From Felis catus (taxonomy: Eukaryota), in NCBI RefSeq assembly GCF_018350175.1, contig NC_058368.1:206524001-206588000 (forward strand): a DNA stretch of 64,000 nt, written 5' to 3'. A program made the position numbers and the translations under genes. Under the pieces are notes generated by a model. It had not been told where the DNA came from, ran no database searches, and saw only the letters and a program-made list of their open reading frames with translations. Below, piece after piece: positions 24,365 to 38,200 of the stretch. Within the stretch, counting starts at the first letter, position 1; the number at the start of each line of letters is the position of its first letter.

Positions 24365-24780
24365 TGATTTAGAGGAGCGTGGCCAGGATGAAAAGAGGCT
24401 GAAAATCTAGTCACATAAGTACTAGTTCAAGGGGAAAGAGGTGTTTAATATGAAAAAGAGAAAACCAAAGCAGGGACATGATTGAAGTTTTTACAGACAC
24501 AGGGCAGATGTGTAGAAGGAAGAGAAGATATTTTGTATCCTTGAGGGCAGAACCTGTTCTAGGGGATGGAAATCTATGAGAACAGATCCAGGCTCAGTCT
24601 TCAGAAGGGGTCGCCAGTGACTGGAATTGTTTCACAGTGGTGCAATTTTGTCTTGTGCTGTAGGTTGCTAGATGCAGACTGTTTGCTAGAGCAGCCCGGC
24701 AAGGGGGCTATAGGGATTTTCAGCGTCAGCTTGAAGGTTGCATCTGATGTCCACTAAGGTCCTTGATCTCTAAAATTCTA
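24365..24780 (+). mobile_element. L3/CR1 LINE 3' end
   Basis: ccaggatgaaaagaggctgaaaa...gggacatgat...gagggcagaac...taaggtcc...tctaaaattcta. Confidence 0.75.
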
Positions 24781-24978
24781 AGAGGGAATGGATTGGGAAT
24801 CATATTATACTTACTTCAAGAATCACTTTATATTTCAAATTATAACTTTAAATTTACACAGCTTTAAGAGCTGGTGAATTCCCACAGATGCATTTCTGCC
24901 ATACAATTCAAATTGCCTTTTACCAAATAAAAGGGTTGCAGGAAAATTCAATACACCCATAAACTCACTACAGTTTTT

Positions 24979-25201
24979 TCTTTTTTTATTTTTTTTTTCA
25001 ACGTTTATTTATTTTTGGGACAGAGAGAGACAGAGCATGAACGGGGGAGGGGCAGAGAGAGAGGGAGACACAGAATGGGAAACAGGCTCCAGGCTCTGAG
25101 CCATCAGCCCAGAGCCTGACGCAGGGCTTGAACTCACGGACCGCGAGATCGTGACCTGGCTGAAGTCAGACGCTTAACCGACTGCGCCACCCAGGCGCCC
25201 C
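24979..25201 (-). mobile_element. Young felid SINEC_Fc
   Basis: Perfect TSD tcactacagttttt. Confidence 0.97.
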
Positions 25202-25419
25202 TCACTACAGTTTTTAGTACATGAAGAGGCTCTTATGAAACTACAATTTTGTGACATAAGTGAACATAAAGAGTATGTGAGCTGACATTTTTTAATACTC
25301 CAAAGCTTTTCAGTGGTATTAAAATTTAATACTCTTTTTATTTGGTGTCCAGTGTTATTTGGTTTACAATTTGGAGCAAATATATGACACTAAAGATTTT
25401 AAAAATTAAAACAAAATTT

Positions 25420-25886
25420 AAAAAATTTTAATGTTTATTTATTTTTAATGTTTTACTTTAGAGAGAGAAAGCAACACAGAAACTGAGCAGGGGAGGGGCA
25501 GAGAGAGAGAGGGAGACAGAGTCTGAAGCAGGTTCCAGGCTCCGAGCTGTCAGCACAGAGCCCGACACAGGGCTCAAACCCGTGAACTGTGAGATCATGA
25601 CTGAGCCGAAGTCAGATGCTTAACTGACTGAGCCACCCAGGCACCCCCTATTGATTTTTGAGAGAGAGAGAGACAGAGAGACAGAGAGACAGAGAGAGAC
25701 AGAGAGACAGAGAGACTGAGTGTGAGGAGGGGAGGAACAAAGAGAGAGGGAGACAGAATCTGAAGCAGGCTCCAGGCTCTGAACTGTCAGCACAAAGCCT
25801 GACATGGGGCTCCAACTCAAGAACTGTGATATCGTGGCCTGAGCTACAGTCAGAAGCTTAACTGACTGAGCCCACCCAGGCACCCC
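25420..25886 (-). mobile_element. Two Can-SINEs; 25445-25648 nested in the tail of the other
   Basis: Two heads ending at 25648 and 25886; outer TSD aaaattaaa(a/g)caaaattt. Confidence 0.92.
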
Positions 25887-26461
25887 GAAAATTAAAGCAA
25901 AATTTAAGAGAGATAGCCTTTTCCACAGTTCCCTTTAATGTTCTTTGAACTCCCTCCCTGGTACCAGCAAGATACTGATTTGTTAGAGCATTTCCCCTTA
26001 ATGTCCTTTAGGGATTCCTGAGTCCTATATAAAGTGACCTTTTTGTTTCCTCTGTTCCACAGGAATTTCTCAATTAGAAATGGAGATAAATATTTTAAGG
26101 GACATTCCAATATACCTGAAATAGCAATGTTTTCTGTTCTGGAATTTCAGTATGAAGCTATGAGCAGCTTGATTGCTTTTAGATTGAATACACACCCACT
26201 TGAATAACTTCAAATCTCTTAATGGCATAAATAAAGTCCCTTCTTCATTATCCATTTTATCTCTAATGTAGAGTGGCAAAACCAAAATGCTAAGTCTTAG
26301 TTATAGGTAGAGAGAGTCATGATTTTCTTTTCTAGTCCTTTAATTTGTATGTCTTGTTTTGAGCAAGATGGGAAGAAGGGATTTAAATTTGTACATGGCA
26401 TTAGCTAGTGGGTCCTTTGTGTGACTGAGTGCCTAAGAAAGCTTATTGAGCTTGAAGTTCA

Positions 26462-26716
26462 TCTTTTTTTTTCTTCTTCCTCCTCCTCCTCCTCCTCCTC
26501 CTTCTTCCCTCTTCCCCTCCCCCTCCTCCCTCCCTCCCCCTCCTCCCCCTCCCCCTCTTCCTTCCCCTCCTCCTTCTCCCCCCTCCTCCTCCTCCTTCTT
26601 TTTCTTTTTCCCCCTCTCCCTCCCCCCTCCTTCTCCCCCTCCCCCCCTCCTCCTTCTTCTTCTTCTTCTTCTTCTTCTTCTTCTTCTTCTTCTTCTTCTT
26701 TTTCTTCTTTTCCTCT
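26462..26716. repeat. 255-nt pure polypyrimidine tract, (CCT)n/(TTC)n
   Basis: No purine on the + strand across the interval. Confidence 0.95.
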
Positions 26717-26889
26717 GGTAGGGAAAGACTTCTCCCTTTACTTCTTCTTTCGAGAGCATTTTAAATTAGGAAGTACCCTCATTTAATGTCTGTCCATTCC
26801 AACTCCCACCCTTAGCTAATTTTAGTCTTTGCTAGAGTTTAAGGCAAACAATTCGGGGAATTCCGTATGATGCAAGATCCTAGCCTCAG

Positions 26890-27068
26890 AATTTTAGAGC
26901 TGCGTCAGATACGTTTTAGAGACTTAGTTCATGGCTCTGTCATTGATTAGAACACTGAAACCTTGAATTCAGTGATTTACCAAAGTGCATGCATCAAGAT
27001 GAAAGGAATGGGGTCAAGAAGCCATATTTTCTAACTTCTTGTGCAGTAAGTTTTCTGTGTCCTATGCC
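26890..27068 (-). mobile_element. MIR3-like remnant
   Basis: agaattttagagctg...gaacactgaaacc...agtgatttaccaaag. Confidence 0.5.
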
Positions 27069-27124
27069 ATAAATGGATATGTGGAGAAACTTTTTTTCTT
27101 TTCATGAACATTCTTTATGAATGA

Positions 27125-27958
27125 ATTTATTTGATTTTAAAAATTATCACACAGTAAAAGCGGCTCTTTCCTTATTATAAAATTCTATTAATTTCATTTA
27201 ATTTTATTTTTTTAATGTTTGGGGGAGAGAGAGAGAATCTTTTAGTGTTTATTTTTGAGAGAGAGAGAGAGAGAGAGACTCCAAGTTGAGGAGGGGCAGA
27301 GAGAGGGAGACACAGAATTGAAGCAGGCTTCAGGCTCTGAGCTGTTAGCACAGAGCCTGATGTGGGGCTCGAACTCACAAACTGCGAGATCATGACCTGA
27401 GCCAAAATCGGACGCTTAACCGACTGAGCCACCCAGGCGCCCCTTAAGAACCTTAAGCAGGCTCCACACCCAGTGCAGAACTTGACTTGGGGTTTAAACC
27501 CACAAACTATGAGTTCATGACCTGAGCTGAAATCAAGAGTTAGATGCTCAGCCAACTGAGCCACCCAGGTACCCCCAAATTCTGTGAATTTTAGTGCATG
27601 TATAGATTTGTATAATCATCACCAGGAATGAGAATAATATTACCTTGAAAAACTTTCTCATGTCGTTTTATATTAATGTGTTTTCCTACTTCCTATCCCT
27701 TGACAACCACTGACATGTTAGCTACCACTATTTTTTTTTTAAGGATGTCTTTTAAATTGGTTTATGCAGCATGTAGTCTTTTGAAACTGGCTTCTTTCAT
27801 TCAGCATAACGCCTTTGAGATTCATCTGAGTTGTTGCATGCATCAATAATTTGCTACTTTTTATTGCTGGTATTATTCTATTTTATGGATGTTCTATAGT
27901 TTGTTTAGCCATTAATCCATTGAGGGATAGTTAGATTGGTTTCAGAATATTGATAATT
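27125..27958 (-). mobile_element. L1MC/MD-type 3'UTR
   Basis: gacaaccactgac...ctggcttctttcattcagcataacgcctttgagattcatc. Confidence 0.8.
27200..27576 (-). mobile_element. Older Can-SINE with a younger SINE (27241-27443) in its body
   Basis: Outer body split at gagaatctt / aagcaggctcc; two heads. Confidence 0.9.
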
Positions 27959-28004
27959 GAGAAATTTTCTTGGGCATTAGACAGATGGACAGACCTGAAT
28001 CAGT

Positions 28005-28140
28005 GATAGGATGACCAATCCTATGATTGGCTCCCAATCATATGATGATCCCAATTTGCAGTGGCTGATTTTAGCATTGAAAATCTCATGTCCTGGTAAC
28101 TCTTGAGGCCTGTTAGTCTCCAGTGACCAGAGCTGATCTT
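28005..28140. mobile_element. MER81/MER94-like hAT MITE
   Basis: aggatgaccaat...cccaatttg...ttttagcattgaaaatctcatgtcctgg. Confidence 0.5.
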
Positions 28141-28807
28141 AGCTTGAAGTGTAAAGCAGTGAAAGTTTGTCTGCTTCCTTGTTTTCTCCACACAGAAATA
28201 CTACTTTCCTCCTTTTCTCCTTTATCAAATCTAGCTTTCATTTTATCATTATCAAAATGATCTGACAGACTCATTCATATCAAGTGACCACATCTCAGGT
28301 AGAGATTGCCGAGTTACCTGGTAAAGGACAGTGAGAATGCTTAAGATAGAGGGATATAGCAATTTGGGAAGTTTTTGTGACCTTCTGATCACCTGTGAAG
28401 AGCTTATTCCCTTCAGAAGAATCAGAAGGTGAACAATCTTATTGGATCCTTGTTGCAAAGGAGCAACCGGGGGTAGCTCATCTTCTACCCATGAGTTCCC
28501 ATGAGTTTAGCCATCCTTGTTGTACCCTAGTTCAAGTGCTAATAGAACTTATAGGCATCAAAACAGTCAGGGTGAAAGCAAGGCCTTTAGCAGCCCTTCC
28601 AGGAATCCCATTTCAGCTCCTGCTTTCATCTGTGTGGTGGGTAGTCTGAAGAACAGTCAGCTCTGTGCTCGATGGTTGGGTACCACATGGCTAGGAGTCC
28701 AAGATCAGAGGATTGTTTCCTATTTTGAGAATACCCACCTATGAATTGCCCTCTGAAGTAGCCTGTTTAGAGGTAATCACTGAAATGTTTCACATATGTG
28801 GTTGCTC

Positions 28808-29030
28808 CATGACATAGTGGTTTAGCTTCCTGACTCCAGAACTAAACTCTGTAGGTCTAAATCTAAATTCTAGATTTTCCACTGGTGTACCCTTGACAAG
28901 TTACTTGACATTCTAGGTTCTAGTTTTTTACCTGGTCAAATGAGACTATCAGTAGTACCTGCCTCATAGGAGTTTTATGAGATTTAGATGGAATAATACA
29001 TAGAAAATGTTAATAAATGTTAGCTATTAT
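28808..29030 (+). mobile_element. MIR
   Basis: cttgacaagttacttgac...agtacctgcctcatagg...aataaatgttagctattat. Confidence 0.85.
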
Positions 29031-29974
29031 ATAATGGAATTAAGATAAAGGTTGTGAGGAAACTTGTAGTGTATCAGTGGATGCCTTTTCTGTTACTTGA
29101 AAGCCTTCTTAGCTTGGGTAGGAACTTAGACACATTATGTCCTATTCCTGATTTCTTCATGAGTAAAGGAGAGATTATAGAAGTTACATGCAGTATTTAC
29201 CTGCAGGGTAACCCCAGGTAGTCATTATAGCCACAACTCATCATTTTGATGGCAGACTTCTCTTGTCTTTCCCTTGGAGAGATGTAAGCACATACTGAAA
29301 TTCTGGACCTGTCCTTTTGCAGCCCTTTCTCTTTGTTTGTAGATACGGAAAAACGTATCTTTCTTTTCTATATATCTGAGCCTACACCCTCTAGAAACTT
29401 ATATATAAAGACAATTTCTATATGCTGAAGCTCAACAACCACATTAGGAATGACAGCATGGTAGAGTTGATACTTTTAATTAACTTTGTTAATCAATACC
29501 TATAACTAAAGCTATAGGTGAAGAAGTGTACAAGTAATTTACAGTATCTGATATTTGCCCATTGCACTTAAAACGTTACTCTAATTGCAAATCTTTGAAA
29601 TGTATGCATCATATTAAACACAGAGAGCCATCTGATTCAACTAGCTTGGGGTACTCTTCATAGAAAGAAACAAATATTATCTCATGCTAAATTTAATTAA
29701 AATAAATTGAAATCTAGTGGTTTTTCCCCCCAAATGAGAAATAATCCAGTCTCTTCATAAAGATCTAAATGGTAAATTCTTTTTTATTCAATATTTTTTC
29801 AGAAGCAAGATGAAAAATGAGTAGTATATGAATGAAATGCACAAAATAGGAGTAAAATCAGCAAGGTCGAGAGAGGCTTGACTTGAAGTTGGGTTAGATC
29901 ATTGAATGCATTTGGTATCAAGAGATTAAGTCAAGTTTGCTTCAATTTTGGCCTTGGGTTTCATGAGATTTCCC

Positions 29975-30480
29975 TGACTAGTTAGGAATGGGCTTAGCAG
30001 CAAGAAAAATTAAAAAAAAAAACAAAAACCAACAAACCCTAAGTTATGGAGACTTAAATAAACTTTTACTTTGCCTTCAAAATAGGTAGTCTGGAGTTAG
30101 TTGGCTGAAGGCATGGATTCAGGGGCTCAGTGATGGCAGACTGGCATCTCTGTGGTTCTCTTTCTCATACATTAACCCCTCATAATTGCATGATGCATGC
30201 TGTAGCTCCAAACATCTTGTCATTGTTCAAGGAGGAAGGGATTGCACTAACTTTATCTGCCCTGTTTATCAGGAAAGGAAAACTTTCCCAGAAGCTTCCC
30301 TAGCAGACTTCCCCTTTTATCGTACTGGATAAAACTGGATCACATGGCTATCACATGGCTACTGCTAGCAGAAAAGGAAGTTGAGAAAGTGGGGGAAAGT
30401 ATGCCTTGGCAATCATCTATTACCTAATGCTGGAATAAGGGAATGGGTAATTGGGTAGGTGAGGAACAGAGTCTACCTCG
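29975..30480 (-). mobile_element. Old MaLR LTR (MLT1J/K-like)
   Basis: gctgtagctccaaacatc...tttcccagaagc...cagacttcccc...gatcacatggc. Confidence 0.75.
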
Positions 30481-31424
30481 TATATCATAGCACTTCCCCC
30501 TGTTTTTGTTGCATTAGGTAGGCCCAGTGAGTTTCCGTTTCTGTTTCTTGAAGTCATGAAGGTATTAGTAGAATTCTTTTTTAATGATTTAGGATTGTGC
30601 TGAATGACCTATATAAGATGGAGGTGAATATTTTTGCAGATAATCTACGAAATTTAGTCTGTTAGCCTGTTTAATGAATGATTACATTAGAGTGATGTTC
30701 CTTTTTTTCCTTACAGTTGGTAATTTTGTAGTCCTCAAAGCACATGATGTTCTTTAGACATTGTGATAATATCAGTTGCTTGGACTCTGGGACTCCTGCC
30801 TAGACCATGAAGGGCTTTTGTGCCTCTGCCTCCCAGAGTAAAATGGAAGTGAAAGGCGTTTGAGGCAATGCTAAATCCCCTCATTTGCTACTACACATCC
30901 CAGGAATTTAGCCCAGAATAGGCAGAGCAAGGGTCCAAAGCCCAAGGTGGCTCATACTAAGGCCTCAGAAAAGCTGCAAACTCAGGGTATGTGCAACATA
31001 TTCCAAACCTTGTTTCTGCTTCTTTCCATGTTAGATAGTTGTCTTATTACCCATGGTAGTACTCCTGTGACTCAGGGCCCATATATCCCCCTACAAAGAC
31101 CTGTTTCCCATTTAAGTTCTCTTATGTCTAAACTTTAAGTTTTCATAAATGGATCAATCACCAAAAGACTCACTAGGTGTTAAGAAGAAACATCTTAATT
31201 GTTTGCTTAAATTGATTAAAAATAAACATGAAGGATTTCAGATTTAACCTTTTATCAGTATTTACATCAATATTTATGCATCCCTTGAGCTTTTACATTC
31301 CAATAAGTAAAATGTTGGAAGAGATAAGAAAGAGAGTAGGTCTGAATGGACGAGAGCCAAAACCTCTTGGTTCAAAATGAAGGCAAAAACTAAATTTGAG
31401 GGAATACCTCTATTTTATTTTTAG

Positions 31425-31910
31425 AACATGGAATAGAATTTAGTCCTAGAAGGGAAATTAGAGATTATGTAGGCCAAATATCTCACTTTTTCTATTTTTA
31501 AATTGAGATTTAATTGACATATAACATTAGTTTCAGTTGTACAAGATAAAGATTTAATATTTCTATATATTTCAAAATGATCACCACAATAGATGAATGT
31601 GGTTAACATTCATCACCACACATAGTTCACACTTTTTTTGTGTGATAGCTTTTGAGATCTAATCCTTTAGCAACTTTCAAATATACAATACAGTATTATT
31701 AATCATAGTCACCATGCTATACATACATCTCTAGGAGTTATTTGTTTGATAACTTGAAGTTGTGTGTTTTGACCACCTTCACCCATTTCAGATACCTCAT
31801 TTTATAGATGAGAAAATCAAGTCCCTCATTGGTATACTAACACTCCCAGTACATATAACTTGGTGGCAGAAGAAAGAGATCAACATCTTTTGAATTCAGT
31901 GCTTTAAATG
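31425..31910 (-). mobile_element. MIR interrupted by L1
   Basis: agaagggaaattagagattat...ctcattttatagatgagaaaat. Confidence 0.6.
31496..31788 (-). mobile_element. L1 3' terminal fragment (L1MA9-like)
   Basis: aatgatcaccacaatag...agcaactttcaaatatacaatacagtatt. Confidence 0.9.
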
Positions 31911-32284
31911 TGACCTGAGTTTTTTGAAAGCTCTGACTCACTGTCCATGTGACCCTGTGTTCATTTATACTTACATACATCCTTTTATAATTACCAACAG
32001 GTAAAAATAACAGTGTGGTTGATCACTTATGCATTTCTCTGGAGGTCAGGTCACTATTATCATCCTCCCTTTGGCAATGATTCTGTGGCTTTATATTAAT
32101 GATTTCATTAGACATCAGTTTTTAGTGTACTTAAGACTGGGGGCTAGTTAAGAGAAGACTATAATGAAAACATATATAAAATGAAGTCATGTTGAGTCCA
32201 GGGAAGGGTTAGTAAGAAGAGATTCAGGGAATCCCCTGGGGCTTTGTGGAGGCATCAGAGCAGAAGTGAGAGTTGGGAGGGATG

Positions 32285-32450
32285 CCATAGATTTAGTGAC
32301 ACCACGTCAAAGCCCTGAGTTAGGAGTCAGGAGATCTGGGTTTACCTTTGGTGAGTAATTTCACCTTTCTGAACCTTGGTAGATCTTTCTGTATCTTGAG
32401 AGGGTTAGAGTAGGTGATTTCAGCCGTTTACTATGGATTTTATGACTAGA
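32285..32450 (+). mobile_element. MIR3-like
   Basis: aggagtcaggagatctgggttt. Confidence 0.6.
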
Positions 32451-33489
32451 AGGAGCTTGGCTAGGAAAGGAGGCCACCTTTGAAGTGATCTCTGCCACCT
32501 GGAGCTGACGTAATATGTCTCTGTACCAGGTACACTGATCATTCACCCCCATTTGAGAAGCTGCACTATGATTTTTGAACTTGTCCTGTGGCTCTCAGCA
32601 GAATGTGTGCTCTCGGGTACTGGGGGTGAGGAGAAGTCTTTCTGGATGTGAATGAAAAGATGCTAGGGACTCCCACAGTTAGGAGGAAAAATTCTTTACT
32701 CATTCCAACCTACAATAGCTATAGCTGTTCAAAAAAAAAACACAATTTGAAAATAATGATATGCTAAGTTGGGACTCAGTCATAATGAGCATAATTTTCC
32801 ATTAGATAGCCATCAGAGTGATATTATGGGATGCTCTGTTGGTTTTTAGTGATGGCACAGAAAGGGCAGTGACTTTAGTCAATATAAAGAAAATGGGGCT
32901 CCAAAGTAGCTAAAGCAAAAGGAATGAGGCCAGCCCCAAAATTATATTTTTCAGGAATATCTCTTAAATGGGGAGGGCAGTCAAAAAAAGGTATGATGAC
33001 AGAAATGGTTGGCAGATGAAATTTTGTGACCTGAATTTTCAAGAATAATATGTTTGCATTTTAAATATTTCATCTCATTGTCAGTACAAATTTCCAGATT
33101 TTTTTTGGTTCAGAAAATATGATTGCTGAAAAGATAGGATTATTTGTCCATGAAATTGAGCATACTATGAATGAATAGGCCTAAAAGATACGGAGATGCA
33201 CCTATAATAGTTGGCTTCTTTGTTTTCTTTTGCTTCACAAGGTGGTAAACTACATCCAGGGAGGCCAAACACATTTTTTCTCAAACTTGGTTTTACCTTG
33301 ACCAGATTCTATGTAACCGTGTTTCTTCTATTACCTGGAGTAGTGCTCAGGAAAAGGCTTCTGATTTTAATTATAACTAAATTATATATATTATATAATA
33401 ATATATAATGTATAATATATAATTAAATAACCTCACAAGTTATTTGCTGGGAAGATAAAAGAAAACAGAAGACCTCTGACAAAGAAGAA

Positions 33490-33665
33490 ATAGTGTTATA
33501 CCAGTGCCCATAAGCTGAAGTTCAGATATGAGTTCCCTATACTGGCTTGGTGACTTGGACAAGTCCCTGAGTTGCTCTGGGCCTCAAATCCTCATCTAGA
33601 AAATAACAGTTGGGATGAGTGCTCTTTAAGTCCCTTCTTCAGCCTCCTACATTTTATGTGTCTAT
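33490..33665 (+). mobile_element. MIR3-like
   Basis: gtgacttggacaagtccct...ctctgggcctca...cctcatct. Confidence 0.65.
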
Positions 33666-33739
33666 GCATTTCAAAGTCCCTTGTTAGTGACATTTAATTA
33701 GCCCCTGGTACAGGTTAGTCACACTGATGTTGCTTCCAT

Positions 33740-33970
33740 TATTGTTATTGATATGGCCAACACTGATTGCTTCCTTGCGGTCAGCTTCTTTCTAAAATCC
33801 ATGTGCATATCTCAGTTATTTCTATAACAGTTGTATGTGACCGGTGTTATTATCTCTACTTCATAGATGATGAAATTGAGGCTAAGGATCAGGTAGTAAG
33901 TAGTAAAGCTGATATTCAAATCCAGGCTGTCCAACCCCAAGGCTCATACCTCAACTTAGATATGCTGTAC
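33740..33970 (-). mobile_element. MIR
   Basis: catagatgatgaaattgaggct...attcaaatccaggctgtc. Confidence 0.75.
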
Positions 33971-34508
33971 AGTGCAAAGTTGACACCTTTATGAATTTTG
34001 AGGAACACCTTCTAGTGACAGAAGTTTAAGATACAGAATATAACTACAATGTAACTACACTAAACTGATTTCAACCTGGTCTTTTTTTTTTGTTCACTTA
34101 GATTGTTTCTGGTTAAGAGAGCAGGTGATTTATTATAGTTGTTAGTTTTTAAAGAGATCTATGTGGGTGAGACCATTTTTATCAGATTTGATAGTTTGTA
34201 AAAGCCCAGAGTATCTCAGTTTGGGTGTCAGAGCTCATTCTCCCCGGAAATTGCCACCTCTCCCACCCCAGTATGAGAAGCCCAAGTTCACAGGAAGTTT
34301 CTAGTGCTTAGTCAGAGACATTCACATAGCTTTGGTGAGAATTTAGAAGATAAAAACCGTGTAAAGCAACCATCCTCATCCCTATACACATGTCTAGTTA
34401 TGAAAGCGTAGATGAGGTCTGAGTTGGCATAAAGGTTTATGTCAGTTCTCTGGGTTAGGATAGAAGTTACCATTTTTACTTTTGAGGAATTGGGTGAATT
34501 ATTCTTTT

Positions 34509-35215
34509 TTCCCCAACTTTATTGGAGGATAATTGATAGATAGAAATAGTATATTTTAAGGTATATGACTTAATGTTTTGATATACATATACATTGTGAA
34601 GTGATCACAAGCTAGTTAACATATCCATCACCTTACATAGTTACCATCTTTTTGTTGATTCTTTCTATGCTAAGATCTACCTACCCTCTTGAAAAATTGC
34701 AAGTATACAGTATAGTATTGTTAACTGTCATCACCATGCTATTAATTAGCTCTTCTGAACCTGTTCATCTTGTACAACTATAATGTTGTACCACTTGACT
34801 GACATCTCCCCATTTCCTCAACTTCCCTACCCCTGGTCCACACCATTCTACTCTTTGCTTCTATAAGTTTGACACTTTGAGACTCTACATATAAGTGAGA
34901 TAATTGTCTTTCTGTGTCTGGCTTATTTCACTTTGTATAACATCCTCCAGGTTTATCCATGTTGTTGCAAAAGGTGGGATTTTCTTATTTTTTTAAGGCT
35001 GAATAATATTCATATATATACAAACACCACTCTTCTATCCATCTGTCCGTGGACACTTAGATTGTTTCTATATCTTGGCTACTGTGAACAATGCTACAGT
35101 GAACATTCAGATATCTCTTAGATATGATTTAGATATCTTTTCAAGATATTATTTCATTTCCTTCAGATATATTATATATCCCGAAGTGGGATTATATTTT
35201 AATGTTTTATTTATT

Positions 35216-35262
<47 letters not shown>

Positions 35263-38200
35263 GTGTAAGCATTGTGGGGGGAGCTGCAGAGAAAGGGGGA
35301 GACACAGAATCTGAAACAGGCTCCAGGCTCCAAGCTGTCAGCACAGTGCCTGATGTGGGGCTCGAACCCATGAACTGCACATAAGATCATGACCTGAGCC
35401 AGAGTCAGACACTTAACCAACTGAACTACCCAGGCACCCCTGTGTTTGTATTTTTGAAGAACCTTCATACAGTTTTCCATAATGGCTGTACTAATTTATA
35501 TTTCCACTATGTACAAGGGTTCCTTTTTTCACATTCTCACCAACACTTGTAGTTTTTTGTCTTTTTGATAATAGCCATTCTAGTAGGTGTGAGGTGATAC
35601 TTCACTGTAGTTTTGGTTTGTATTTCCCTGATTATTGGTGATGGTGAACACCTTTTCATGTACCTATTGACCATTTGTATGGGTTTTTTTTTTTTTTTTT
35701 TGAGAAATGTATATTCAGGTCCTTCATCCCTTTTTAGTTGTGTTATTTTAATTAATTAATTTATTTTGCTATTGAGTTGTATAAATTTCTTAGATATTTT
35801 GGATTTTAACCCTTTATCAGATAATCAGATATATGGTTTGCAGATATTTTTTCCATTTTGTAGGTTGACTTTTCACTCTGTTGATTGCTTCCTTTGCTGT
35901 ACAGAAGCTTTCTAGTTTAATGCAACTCCACTTGTCTATTTTTTGCTTTTGTTCTCTGTGCTTTTTGTGTTATATATAAAATATCATTACCCAGAGCAAT
36001 GTCAAGAAGTTGTCCTCTATGTTTTCTTCTAAGAATTTTACAGATCCAAATCTTACATTTAAGCCTTTAATCCATTTTGAGTTGATTTTTTTTTATATGG
36101 TATAAAATAAGGGTCCAATTTCATTCTTCGGCAAATAGATACCCAATTTTCTCAGCACTGTTTATTCAAGAGACTTTCCTTTGTCTGTTGTGTGTTCTTG
36201 GCAGTCTTGCAGAAGATCAGTTGAATGTAAATACATGGGTTTATTTCTGGACTCTGTACTCTATTCCATTTGTCTATGTCTGTTTTTATATTATTACCAT
36301 ACTGTTTTGATCACCTTAGCTTGGTAATATATTTTGAAATCAGGAAGTGTGATGCCTCCAGCTTTGTTCTTCTTGTTAAAGATTGCATAGCTCTTTGGAG
36401 TCTTTTTGAGGTTCCATATGAAGTTTTGGATTGTTTTTTCTCTTTTTATAAAGATTGCCATTGTGATTTTGATGGAGATTACATTGAATCTGTAGATCAC
36501 ATTGGGTATTAAGGACATTTTAACAATATTAATTCTTCTAATCTGTGAACATGGGATGTCTTTCCATTTATCTGTTTCTTTAATTTTCTTCCTCAGTGTA
36601 TTCTAATGTTCAGTATGCAAGTCTTTCACTTTGGTTAAGTTTATTCCTAAGTATTTTATTATTTTTGTTCTGATTGTAAGTAAGATTGTTTTCATAATTT
36701 CCTTCTCAGAAGTTCATGATCGGTGTGTAGAAATACCACTGTTTTTGTATGTTGACTTTCTAACCTGAAGGTTTACAGAATTCATTTATAAGTTCTAATA
36801 GTTTTTGTTGTTGTTTAGTTAGGGTTTTCTACACATGATCATGTCATCTGCAAACAGAGATAACTTCTTTCTTTCCAATTTGGATAATTTCATTTCATTT
36901 CCACGTCTACTGCTTTGGCTAGGACTTCCAGTTCGATGTTGAATAGAAGTGGTAGGAGTGAGCGTTCTTGCATTGTAATGGATATTAGAGAAAAAGCTTT
37001 CAGTTTTCCCCATTGATTATGATGTTAACTGTGGGCTTTTCATATATGCTGTTTATTGTGTTGTGGTAACACCCTTCTGTCCCTAGTTTCTTGAGAGTTT
37101 TTATCATGATTGGATGTTGAATTTTGTAAAACTCTTTCCCTATATCTATTAAGATGATCATGTGGTTTTTAATCTTCCATTCTATTAATATTGTGTATCA
37201 TATTGATTAATTTGCATATGTTGAACCATCCTTGCATCTCAGGGATAAATCCGACTTGGTCATGGTGTGTGATTCTTTTAATGTGCTATTGAACTTGGTT
37301 TGCTAGTGTTTTAATGAGGATTTCTGCATGTATGTTCAGGAATATTGGCCCATAGTTTTTTTTCTTGTGGTATCTTTCTCTGGTTTTAGTATCAGGGTGA
37401 TCCTGGCCTAATAAAATGAGTTTGGAAGTGTTCCATCTTCTTCTATTTTTTTGGAAGAGTTTGAAGAGTATTGCTATTAATTATTTTTTGAATGTTTGAT
37501 GTAATTCACCTGTGAAGTCATCTGATTTGGGGTTTTGTTTGTTGGGAGGGTTTTGTTTACTAATTTAATCTTCTTATTTGTTATTGGTCTATTCAGGATT
37601 CCAATTTTTTTCCTGATTTCTGGTTTGGTAAGTTGTATACTTGTAGGAATTTATCCACTCATCTAGATTATCCAAGTTGTTGGAGTATAATTGTTCATAA
37701 CAGTACTTTATGGTCCTTTTAATTTCTGAGGCATCTATTGTAATGTCTCCTCTTTTATTTCTGTTCTTACTTCTCTGAGTCTTCTCTTTTTCTTAGTCTA
37801 GCTAAGGGTTTGTCAATTTTGTTTATTTTTCAAAAACCAACTCTTCTGTTGTTTTTTTTCTATTTTTCTATTCTCTATTTGATTTTTTTCTTGTTCTAAT
37901 TTTTATTATTTCCTTCCTTCTACTGACTTTGGCTCGGGGCTCTTTCCGGGTCTGCAGTTGGGTCTGTGGATCGCAGGCCTTTAACCAGGTATGGAGGACT
38001 GTTCCTGGATGATGGCAGAGTGGGGTGGAGCCAGATTCACTGATGATTGGGGATACTTCTGGTCTTTGATTGGGACTAGTCAGCAAGCCTGACATTGAGG
38101 CATGTGCCTGCCTTCTCAAAACAGCCCTTCTCAGTCTTGGCTCCATTAGGGTTTCACAATCTACCTACATTCCAAAGCTTCCGCAAAGACACTTCTGTCT

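Noticed and set aside
26421..26786. Poly-S/P/R/G ORFs
   Set aside because: Artefacts of the pyrimidine tract.
36294..37013. L1 ORF2 ORFs as functional CDS
   Set aside because: Fragmented by stops and frameshifts; transposon relic.
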